Numbered from the stretch's first letter, positions 6,765 through 15,197 are shown. The stretch is DNA of 15,522 nt from Candidatus Bathyarchaeota archaeon (GCA_963768425.1 CAVYHV010000016.1:1-15522); one strand, 5' to 3'. Notes: generated by a model not told the origin, from the letters alone. Numbers and translations are program-made.

Positions 6765-8006
6765 TTAATGTCTGTTCGGGAACGCAATTCCCACGCCTGA
6801 CGATGGCGAGGGTGAGCGTTTTAGTTGCCAAGCGGCTAATGCGAGAGCGATAACTGCGTCGTCATGGTAGCCTTCGGGTGCTCCATACTGCACGTTGCCG
6901 CTTCGGGTAGTCTTGTACCCGTACAGCTTGAGCTCGTTAATCAAAACTGGAATCGGCGGGATTGTGAGCTGGTGGTTTTCAATCATTATGCTGAGGTTTT
7001 CGATGAGGTCTTTTTTTGTGGCGTTGGTGAATTTGTAGCCGTCCACATGCACTTTCTCTCTGCAGAGTTCGTCTTCGATTGGATCGCCAACTCCGGTGCT
7101 GTCAATTAGCAAACGGGCATCATAGTTCTGGGATAGTTGAACGATGCGTTTTCTTTGAAATACCCAATCCAACTCATTGAATCTGTCAAAGGCAACCAAG
7201 TGACCATCAATATCCAAGACAATTAGAACCGTGAAATCTTCGAGCTTTGCAAGGTCGCCGCCCATGACATACTTCTTATTTGGCTGAGGAAGCTCAAAGC
7301 CGCCTTCAACAATGCGGTCAACTCCTCGGAATACACTGCCGACGTCTTCTAAGAACTGTGCCAAAACCTCTTGACGATAAGCCAACTCAGGCATATCCCG
7401 AGCAAAAGAGGCAATTTCGGCTGGATCCAAGTACGGGTTGCTTGCACTTGGGAAGCTCCAGCTTTTGTAATCTGTTTGTTTAGGGTCTTGCCCGCGAGTC
7501 CAAAGCTGGAAATACCAGTTATGCCCTCTGGGAGTGCCCGTGAAGAAGGCGATGCCTTTCTCATCCATCAAAGCAGGCCTAAGAGCCAAGGTCCAGGCTT
7601 CTTCAGCAATTTGTGCGCCTTCGTCAACCCAAAGAACCTTTACGCCTTGGCTACGAAGTGAATCGGGGTTGTCTGCGCTCTTAAACCAAACATGCCGATT
7701 GCCCAGCAAAATCACGTGACGGTCTGCACGGTGGATTTCCTCGATTAGCTCACCTGGACAATAGTTGAAGAATTCGCTCCATTGCCGCTGGGTATGCCAA
7801 TAAGTGGGTGCAACTGCGAAGCCGACGATTCCTAATTTTTCTTTGCCTTCGCCTTGCTGCCACATTTGCCTTATGAATTCGTTGGCGCCCGCGACGGTTT
7901 TGCCCCAGCGTCGTCCGCAGTTGAGCACTCGGAACCTTGCGGTGCAGTAGTGGAATTGGCATTGTCCTGGATGGGGTTTGTATCTGATGCGTATTGTTTT
8001 TTGCAT
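6765..8006 (-). CDS. terL: Terminase large subunit
   Basis: PHPGQ adenine-binding motif, Walker A GRRWGKT, Walker B LWVDE, coupling motif GTP, and RNase H-like nuclease motifs GGDLAKLEDFT, IDSTGVG, HDDAVIALALA. Confidence 0.96.
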   Translation of the reverse strand: MQKTIRIRYKPHPGQCQFHYCTARFRVLNCGRRWGKTVAGANEFIRQMWQQGEGKEKLGIVGFAVAPTYWHTQRQWSEFFNYCPGELIEEIHRADRHVILLGNRHVWFKSADNPDSLRSQGVKVLWVDEGAQIAEEAWTLALRPALMDEKGIAFFTGTPRGHNWYFQLWTRGQDPKQTDYKSWSFPSASNPYLDPAEIASFARDMPELAYRQEVLAQFLEDVGSVFRGVDRIVEGGFELPQPNKKYVMGGDLAKLEDFTVLIVLDIDGHLVAFDRFNELDWVFQRKRIVQLSQNYDARLLIDSTGVGDPIEDELCREKVHVDGYKFTNATKKDLIENLSIMIENHQLTIPPIPVLINELKLYGYKTTRSGNVQYGAPEGYHDDAVIALALAAWQLKRSPSPSSGVGIAFPNRH

Positions 8007-8397
8007 ACTTCAGGGTCTTCCCAACGGATGTTGATTTCTTCAGACTGGGCTTGCTCTGTTGGTTTGGCGCCGCTAAGCTCTGCGAGTTCAATGTTAATTT
8101 GGCGCATAAGATTCAAAGCTGCAATCCGTGCCCGTCGCTTTTGGCTTGGCTGTACATGAAGCTGGCTTTACGGTACAACTGCACATGACAGTTCTTAGCC
8201 TTCAGCAGAGCTTCGGTGAATTCCTGCAGAAGAGGCTGCCATGAAGCTCTGTGAGCCATCTCTCGATACACCGTGGCGGTGTGACAGCAGAATTTGATTG
8301 ATGTTTCTGCAACAATTTCTTTAAGAGTTAAGCCGTCTCCTTCGAGCTTTAGCTCAAAGAGGCGTCTTTCAAGCAGATCTTTATCCAATAAAATCAC
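7871..8397 (-). CDS. Putative terminase small subunit, split by a 1-nt deletion near 8131-8133
   Basis: Track ORFs 8113..8397 (N-terminal HTH: GLTLKEIV...ATVYRE) and 7871..8116 join into ...AKSD(x)ARIAALNLMRQINIEL...EEINIRWED if one base is restored. Immediately upstream of terL. Likely start TTG 8388. Confidence 0.7.
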
Positions 8398-8882
8398 TTC
8401 AACTGCAGATTTTGCGAATTTTTAGGCACATACTTTAATGAGACCGTTAAGCGACCGCGGCTGTTTGATCTGACGAGTTCTCGGTTTATTCTTGTGTCGC
8501 CTCTGCCATGGCTGCCATGACCAACACGTTTAATGATCCAGTTCCCAAGGTCTCCGCGAACCAGCTGCGGGTTACTCGTAATTAGATAGAACGGCAGTCT
8601 GGTTTGGGATGTGTAGAGCTCTGCGATAAAGTTCAGCAGACGCTTCCCAACGCCTATCCCTTGATAGTCAGGTAAGAACCACAAGACGGCTAACCCGATA
8701 ATAATTTGCTTTCATACGCACGTGTGCTACAGCGATAAAGGCAATGGGTTTTTGGTTATACATCGCTGCGTAGCATCTGACTCCGGCGCCAAGTTTACTG
8801 TTTAGATAGTGATATTGCCGAAACATCTGCCACAGGGAACCGCCGCACCGATAAACTTGGAGCTCAACGGGCGGCCGACTTC
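8394..8882 (-). CDS. Mom-like GNAT acetyltransferase domain (no start codon of its own at the domain boundary; extra base near 8674)
   Basis: The -1 frame relative to the ATPase reads SRPPVELQVYRCGGSLWQMFRQYHYLNSKL...RVSRLVVL. After a 1-nt shift it continues PDYQGIGVGKRLL...TSNP. HYL plus the acetyl-CoA motif QGxGxG. Confidence 0.8.
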
Positions 8883-9487
8883 TTTTTTTCTGCTAAACTC
8901 CATTGTGTCCGTGCAGAAAACCCAATCGGGATCAAGCCAATCGATAACATCATAGTGGCATGTAACAGCAATGAATTTCTTGTTTGTTCTTCGGACGGCT
9001 TTGCTTATGGCATAGGCGCTAACTTTAGCAATCTCACGGTCTACGACGCTTGTAAATTCGTCAAATACGATTTGTGGCTGCTCTAGACTGAGAGCTCTTG
9101 CGATGTCTACACGCATTTTCTCTCCTTGGCTGAGGGCATCGTAGCTTTTGAGCCAATCAGGGCGGTGAAGCAAAACCAACGCTGCAGAGGTTCTTTGTTA
9201 TCTCGTTTACCTGTTGTCCTTCTGGAAAATCGTCGAGAATAGATTCATGGGTGTAGGCAAAAGCCTTTGATGTAGCTGTCAGCGAAGAGAGTTTTGGCTA
9301 TGCTTGTTTTACCAGTGCCGCTACGACCAACTATGACGCCGATCTGCCAAGTGTTATCCTCAATCGGAATTTGTCCAGTGAAGTGTTTCTCCATCTTGCA
9401 ATCAACGAGTGTGAAGCTGCCGATGACTGATTGCGCTCGGAAACTGTTTGGCTTATTCCAGGTTCTCACAAAGTCAAAAGACGGCAT
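8802..9487 (-). CDS. Soluble ABC-type ATPase of the phage ABC-GNAT type, interrupted by two +1 indels (9259-9262, 9160-9162)
   Basis: Walker A GRSGTGKT, signature LSQGE, Walker B IVFDE, D-loop TSVVD, H-loop VTCH. The missing middle (AYTHESILDDFPEG...LCSVGFASPPDWL) is in the intervening frame. No permease gene nearby. Confidence 0.88.
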
Positions 9488-10002
9488 TTGTACCCCTCAC
9501 CTGTTAGTTTGTTGAAGATGGCTTGTTGGTGAACCTCATCTTCGCATTCAAGTACAACCTCAAAAGTCGCAGCAAGCGTTATGCCTTTTTCTTCGCTCAG
9601 AAGGTTTTTGAGTTTCTCATCGGAAACCATAACCAAATACTTGAGTTCTTCTTCCTTTCCCGCTTCGATAATGCGTTCATATTCGGCCCTGTCAAGTTCA
9701 GGGTCATGCTTGCCTCTGAGCTTGTTTAAGACCTGTCTGAGTAATCTGCGGTCAACATCTTCTACTGGTAGGCGGATAACTGAGACTTCAGCCATGCCCA
9801 AGGCTTTAGCGGCTGTGTAGCGTTGTTCTCCGTCAGCGATTAAGAGATCCTTGTTGGTTATGATGGGAACGATAAAGCCCCATTTCTTGATAGAAGTTTT
9901 GAGGCGTTCGAGCTGGTCTTTGCTCATCTTATTTGGGTTCTGCCCATCCGTCTTAACGTCGCTGATCTTTACCGTTTCAGCGGCTGGAATAACTATTGAC
10001 AT
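9466..10002 (-). CDS. ParB/Sulfiredoxin N-terminal domain protein
   Basis: NPN.M...QLERLKTSIKKWGFIVPII...IADGEQRYTAAKALG is a ParB-N motif with GEQR in place of GxHR. No HTH. The small C-terminal domain overlaps the ATPase start. Confidence 0.9.
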   Translation of the reverse strand: MSIVIPAAETVKISDVKTDGQNPNKMSKDQLERLKTSIKKWGFIVPIITNKDLLIADGEQRYTAAKALGMAEVSVIRLPVEDVDRRLLRQVLNKLRGKHDPELDRAEYERIIEAGKEEELKYLVMVSDEKLKNLLSEEKGITLAATFEVVLECEDEVHQQAIFNKLTGEGYKCRLLTL

Positions 10003-10277
10003 CTATCGGATAACCAACTTTTCAAACAGAATAACTGCAAGACTAACCAAGCCAACTAGGCTGGTGCTTCCTATGGCTATAAGGATTTTTTGGGTTACTT
10101 CTAGCTGGTGAACTTTAGCAACAAGACCTGACTGCAAGTCCTCGCCCACAAGCGCCTTTTCTATTCGGTTAACTTGAGCGGTGTTTGTGTGTATGGCTGT
10201 GATGTAGGGGCAAACTGGGTTTTTGTTTGCGTCCGGACAAATCTCTGGCTGTTCAGTTCCTCTTCATTTGGTTCCAG
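10003..10277 (-). CDS. Putative coiled-coil plus C-terminal TM protein (XhlA/holin-like), probable 1-nt deletion near 10257
   Basis: Not in ORF track. Open frame TEQPEICPDANKNPVCPYITAIHTNTAQVNRIEKALVGEDLQSGLVAKVHQLEVTQKILIAIGSTSLVGLVSLAVILFEKLVIR*, whose TAG abuts the ParB ATG. SD GGAGG 8 nt before CTG at 10277. Confidence 0.5.
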
Positions 10278-10558
10278 TTGAAATTCCTCCGAATGCTTGT
10301 ATGGTTTGGAAGGCGCCTTGACCAAGTGGGTGCATGAAGAACTAAACCAGGCTCAACTTCTGGCACCGCTTCGGGAGCGGCTTGCTCAAAGGTTGCTGCC
10401 AAATGCTGCACAACCTCATCAATAGTTGTTAAGCAAACGGTTTCGCTGATTAGCCTGTCACGAAAAGCCTCTCCGCTAACAAAGCCTTGTGCATCGTGCC
10501 ATTGCTGGCGTAGTTCGTATGATTTGGACGAACGTCTAAGTCCTCGTTTATGTGTCAT
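10253..10558 (-). CDS. Hypothetical protein, likely first gene of the late operon
   Basis: 3' part of track ORF 10253..10669, from ATG 10558 (MTHKRGLRRSSKSYELRQQW...). GGTGA upstream. No recognisable motif. Confidence 0.45.
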   Translation of the reverse strand: MTHKRGLRRSSKSYELRQQWHDAQGFVSGEAFRDRLISETVCLTTIDEVVQHLAATFEQAAPEAVPEVEPGLVLHAPTWSRRLPNHTSIRRNFNWNQMKRN

Positions 10559-11021
10559 ACTAGAAAGCCGCTCACCACAACTTTTGGATGAAGGGGGCGA
10601 ACTCAGAATAGCCTGGAGCAACTGCTCCCCCGCCAAGAGTTTTTGCGCAAAAGATATAACATCTAACATAAAAAACTACCGCTTTGTCTGGTTGTCCATT
10701 ATATCGAGTCTTTATTCTCTTTATTTTTGTTACCTGAGCATTTTTCCCGTCGCTAAACCGCCAAGAAACAATCATGAAACTAAGCATTAATGGCTGAGAG
10801 CCTACACGATAATATCGCAAACAAGAGCAACTGCGAGCTAACTTCAAGGTTAGGCGCTAAATCTATTGCGTTGAAACCTGCCAAGAAGCATAAATTCTAT
10901 ACCCTTCTACAGATACTTGTTGTCCAATCGCCCGATTTTACTGTTTTCAGAAAAAATCTTACTAGGAACTCGCGCCGAGCATTAAAAAAGTGCTTAATTG
11001 GAAAAAAGAGAGGAGTAGAAG

Positions 11022-11462
11022 TTATCCTACTGTTGTGTTGTATGGCACTGGTATGTATGTGTTTGTTGTCGAGTCGTAAGTATATGGCGTTCCCACTGGG
11101 ACTCCGTATGATGTCAGACTCTCCGATGTTGGAGTTGAAATTATTGGCGGTGTCAATGTTGAACTTATTCCTGCCGCTGAGCTAGTACCTGACGCCATTC
11201 CATAGCCATATCCTTGCCATTGATAGTAGACGTTCTCAGTGTTGCCCCACGTGTAGACCATGATGCTTATCGGGTTGCTGTATTGATAGGTTCCAAACGA
11301 TTGACCATTCCAATTGTCAGTGTAAGCATAGTTGAATGGGCAATAGCTTGAATCCCATGGATCAGTTACACCGTCATCACAGTAGATGTAGAGTGGCCCA
11401 CCACCATAGATGTCAGAGCCATGGCAGTATCCTGCTGGTCCTGATTCTAGATTACAAAAAGC
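11022..11462 (-). pseudogene. 5'-truncated remnant of a Tyr/Gly/Thr-rich extracellular protein
   Basis: The frame of track ORF 11022..11261 stays open upstream to ~11462 (...DIYGGGPLYIYCDDGVTDPWDSSYCPFNYAYTDNWNGQSFGTYQY...) with no start codon. A broken signal-peptide-like stretch lies at ~11540-11631. Confidence 0.5.
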
Positions 11463-11672
11463 CTATCTTTCTTTCTGAACATTCACTCAAGAGGCAACGA
11501 CGAAAATATCTCAAAGAACTTTTGTCCCAAAGCCTGGTTAGGCATTGGCTTAAATAAGGTCCCTATTCCAACCAATGTCGCAAAGAGCTAAATTGCCACT
11601 GATGTCGTCAAAACGGCTTTTTCTTTCTCAAAACCAAAATACCATTTCCTCAATGAGGCAGTCTGAATCTAT

Positions 11673-12724
11673 TTATCGGCTTCTTCTTTTTATTAAAAAA
11701 ATTGTTAATGTACTTATTAAAAGTACAACTGCAAGAGTTACTACTACTGTTGGAAATAATTCGGGAATTGATGGCCCGGGTGATGTGTTTGCAAGCGGTG
11801 TTGACGGACTCGCGATAGGCATCGCTTGTGGATTTGAGGCCTTTAGAAAAGGAGCAAAAGTAACATCATTACTCTTGGTCAGCGAGTTAGCTATCGTTTG
11901 GCTATCGTTTGTCCCCCACCAATTGTAAGTAGCATTAACGTTGCTTATCTCCGTATAAATATTATAGTTAGATTGGTTCATAATATTATTTTCATAAAGC
12001 ACTGTTGGAACTGAGAATAGAAAAATCCCTACAGCATTGTTATCAATTGTATTGTTAACAATTTGAATGGAGTAATCGAGCGGCGATTCAGCCGAAATAG
12101 ATAAGCCCACTCCAAAATTTCTAATAATGTTATTAGATGCTGTCATATTGCCTAATACTAATATTCCAGTCGTTTCGTTACCAAAAAGACCAGACGTTCC
12201 GTATCCTGCTCCGTTAAGGATGTTTGAGAAAAGTTTGTCTTCTGAGCCGTCATCTTCTATTGCATTACCACCGTTCGAACTAGTGAGATTAATGATATTA
12301 TTTGTAACTGTATTTGCTGACCCTCCAATAACGATAACATTGGCATTTCCTACTATTGTGAATCCAGAGATGGTTACGTTATTTGCAGCAATGTCTATTC
12401 CCACATCATAAGGACCAATTTGAGTAGTTGTGATAATTGTATTCTCACAACCCTGACCAATCACCGAGATTGATTTATTTATAAATAGACTATTGCCACT
12501 CATCTGATTATCATTCCCAGTTGTAATGTTATAATTTCCAGACCTTACAAAAATAGTGTCGCCTGCTTTTGCACTATTAATGGCGCTTTGAATACTGGAG
12601 AAATCATCGGGCACTATAATTTCTTTTGCAGTTGTTGCTTTTACTACGTTAAACTGAAGCGTAATTGACGATGCTAATAAGATTAAAAAAAAGTGACCAA
12701 GTAATGCTTACTTAAACGGCCCAT
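11673..12724 (-). CDS. NosD/CASH right-handed beta-helix surface protein with C-terminal IPE-TM-basic anchor; signal peptide out of frame at a T8 tract
   Basis: VPDDFSSIQSAIN.A..GDTIFV..G.Y cap, Asn/Ile-rich parallel beta-helix repeats, NWWG motif, Pro/Ser/Thr linker, and tail IPELFPTVVVTLAVVLLISTLTIFLIKRRSR. ATG 12724 gives MGRLSKHYLVTFFLILLASSITLQFNVVKA if the 12685-12692 tract has 9 rather than 8 bases. Confidence 0.88.
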
Positions 12725-13036
12725 AGCTACCAATATAGTGATATTTCGATATATGGGTTGTTATAAGAACCTGGCGTCTCAAGAAATTACAGCACCAACG
12801 CATAATCTGCTCTTGCCTGCAACTGCTCATTTTGTTAAACATTTGTAGGGGAACTTGAGATTATTCGTGAGATTATACGGAACAACTATCCTATGGCAAC
12901 CGTATAATTAAGCGATCAATAATAGATAAATATCAAATATAAAGCGTCTTTTTGTAAAGACAAAGCTTCTCTAAAGCCGATTAGGCGGGTAAGAGTAGTT
13001 TTGGTAAACTCCTCGTATCTTGTTTTTAGCCTCTTG

Positions 13037-13232
13037 CTATTTATCTTTAAGTCCATTGATGAACTCTAAATAGCTTTGGCCCGTTCGATCTTTCTGAGAG
13101 CGTTCTTTCTGCTACGGGTCACATTGGGAGTGTGCATTTTTAGTTTCCGAGCAATCGCATAATCCGAAAGACCCCGGGTCTTCAAGTGCAAAATCGCTTT
13201 TCGCAATCTGTTAAACCCGCAGCATACTTCAA
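13037..13232 (-). CDS. Small Tfx/sigma70-region-4-like HTH protein (two apparent 1-nt deletions)
   Basis: Reconstructed as MKYAAGLTDCEKAILHLKTRGLSDYAIARKLKMHTPNVTRSRKNALRKIERAKAxLEFINGLKDK. The TTG start overlaps the upstream TGA. The core HTH is in track ORF 13066..13266. Confidence 0.7.
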
Positions 13233-13692
13233 GCTTTTGCCTCCTCTTCACTGGCGCCATAGGCATTTATTGCAAAGCTGGTGAGTGTCCAATGCCAACC
13301 ACGTTTTTCTACAAGTCTTTGCCCAAACTCATGTTCCAACCGCTTATTCATTCTAAGAATCCTGCGGCTGACCTGATGCCGAGTAACCCTAAACCTCTCT
13401 AATTTTGAGGCTAAGTCTTTTGGCAGCAAACCTTTCGAACCAGCTTCAAACAGCGACTGAAGAATCTCGCGGTCCACCTCATCTCTGCAAGCCTATGCGC
13501 TCGATTAGTGATCGCTCAAAATTGAAAGAATCTTTCAACCCAGCAAAGATGGTGCGCAGCATAAGCTTGACTTCTTCAACCTCAGAGAGAGTCTGTTTGA
13601 GAAGCTGCTGATTATACTTTAAACGCCCAATTTTATCGCTTTGACTACGCTTCTTTTTAGCGGTTTTGAACAGGTTTTTCAGCGTTTTCCAT
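13229..13692 (-). CDS. Coiled-coil plus winged-helix DNA-binding protein (apparent +1 indels at 13664-13667 and 13492-13493)
   Basis: Track ORFs 13479..13871 (3' half) and 13229..13477 join as ...SLIERIACRDEVDREILQSLFEAGSKGLLPKDLASKL...TRHQVSRRILRMN...KRGWHWTLT, a wHTH pattern. ATG 13692 is preceded by GGAGTG. Confidence 0.7.
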
Positions 13693-13938
13693 ATCAGAAT
13701 GCACACTCCAAGAATTCTGCCAGCATCAACACATGGCAAAATTGACAGTGGGTAATCAGGACCAACTAATTGCAGAAAAGTGACTTGTGAAAAGCATGGA
13801 CTTTTCCCATGCCCTGAGATAGCGCAAAAATTGGCTTTTGAACAGCATTTTACAGACATTAAAAGCGCCATAACATCGATATGGTTATGCAGCTATCGTA
13901 TAATCTTTTCCTCCTGGACCGTTTTGGTATCTCTTGGT

Positions 13939-14838
13939 TCAGTTTGAAAATCGGCAAGCTTGCCCAAAGCTTCGGCAACCTTTGGCTAGACTGTAACCCA
14001 TTTTCTCTAGCTTCTCGAGGCTGCTTGAAATCTTTGCTAAATCAGTTAGGACATTGTCCACTTGACCCTCAAGCTTCTTCACTCGCTCAGGCATCAGCAA
14101 ATACTCAACTGCTGCATCTCGACCAACATGATCAAGCTCGCCCTCATCTTCTCCAGGGCTGTCATCGATAACCCGTTTTGGAGTACTCACCGAAAAATAG
14201 CGATTCAGAAGATTGGCAACTGGATCATCAACGCCCAGTTCATGTCGCTTGTTAATCTGCCCATCACCCAACACGCAGCCGTACTTACTCATCAAGCCCT
14301 TAGCGACTCGGTCAGCCAAGTTCTTAGCCAAAGTCACAAGCTCCCCAGGACTTCGACCATAAAGCGTCTCGACATGAACAATCCAAGATGTCGTGGTATG
14401 ACGCACCTTCACACCCTGCTCTAAGCCCAAAAGAGCCGTCCAATTCTGCATCTCGATTCGCCGAAAATCGCCCGCAGGATAAACACCTTCGCGCAACACA
14501 GGAAACTTGAAAAAACAACGGTGCAAACGAAACACACCGCTGCTAAAAAGCACTCCCTCACATGATATGAGAAAGTTTTGACCTTGCTCCGTGAGCTCGT
14601 AGTCAACGAAGTTGCTTCGCTTTAACCTGCGAATTAACCCTGCTTTCTCAAGCTTTTTTACATAGTAGGCTACATGTTGTTTCTTCCATCCACGGGCACG
14701 CCCAATCTTCGCAGGATACATCTTAACCTCAATGCCTTTGAGAATAGGGATGACGCGAGTGCGAACGGTACAGAAGTCAAATTTGACTTTTGACTTTAAA
14801 CGCGAAATATTTTGACTTCTATCATCAGCGCCAACCAT
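13939..14838 (-). CDS. MarR/ArsR-like wHTH protein with an uncharacterised alpha/beta domain and C-terminal coiled coil (possible replication or regulatory protein)
   Basis: YPAKIGRARGWKKQHVAYYVKKLEKAGLIRR...YELTEQG wHTH, then RLH...HELGVDDP...IDDSPG..EGELDH. The true C-terminus probably continues past a +1 indel at 13981-13983 to ~13893. Confidence 0.8.
   Translation of the reverse strand: MVGADDRSQNISRLKSKVKFDFCTVRTRVIPILKGIEVKMYPAKIGRARGWKKQHVAYYVKKLEKAGLIRRLKRSNFVDYELTEQGQNFLISCEGVLFSSGVFRLHRCFFKFPVLREGVYPAGDFRRIEMQNWTALLGLEQGVKVRHTTTSWIVHVETLYGRSPGELVTLAKNLADRVAKGLMSKYGCVLGDGQINKRHELGVDDPVANLLNRYFSVSTPKRVIDDSPGEDEGELDHVGRDAAVEYLLMPERVKKLEGQVDNVLTDLAKISSSLEKLEKMGYSLAKGCRSFGQACRFSN
14772..14820. 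repeat. Cluster of TTTGACTT direct and inverted repeats
   Basis: Perfect 16-bp palindrome AAGTCAAATTTGACTT (14774-14789). TTTGACTT at 14782, 14789 and 14811. AGAAGTCAAA (14772-14781) is the reverse complement of TTTGACTTCT (14811-14820). Confidence 0.75.
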
Positions 14839-14850
14839 AAAAAAATTACC

Positions 14851-15197
14851 TCAGAACTGGAAAGACAACTTCCTTATACTTTGCCTAAGTCCTTCAATAT
14901 CTTGATCCAGCTTTGCCAGAGTCAGCAATGGTGTCCCATTAAACTCAGCTAGAGCTGCTCTTAGCGATTCGCGATTTTCAACGTATCTCGGATTCTGTAG
15001 AAGGGTGCTATACCGTTTAGTCCATTGACTGAGACTGGTGGCAACCATAACTTCGAACTCTGCGTTTTTCGGTGTTCCAGGCGTAAAGTAATAGTGCTCC
15101 AAATAGTGTGCGAAACCGCCATAGAAACTGAAAACGATCCAATCGCTCATCAGTCAGCCAATCAACGGCGTCAATCCTGATCAATCTGTAGATTCAA
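14851..15197 (-). CDS. Hypothetical protein (5' end probably frameshifted)
   Basis: Track ORF 14851..15150. GGAGG 7 nt before TTG 15197 suggests a start MNLQIDQ...DWLTDERLDRFQFLWRF that would join AHYLEHYYF after two single-base corrections. Confidence 0.55.

Noticed and set aside
8802-9487. ABC transporter interpretation
   Set aside because: No permease or substrate-binding gene. The context (ParB-N, GNAT, terminase) indicates a soluble ATPase.
9466-10002. ParABS partition system
   Set aside because: No ParA Walker-box partner and no HTH in the ParB protein; it is the ParB-N/Srx-only type.
13693-13871. N-terminal half of track ORF 13479..13871
   Set aside because: Cys-rich, non-protein-like translation. 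An SD-linked ATG at 13692 gives a better start, so this stretch is probably intergenic.
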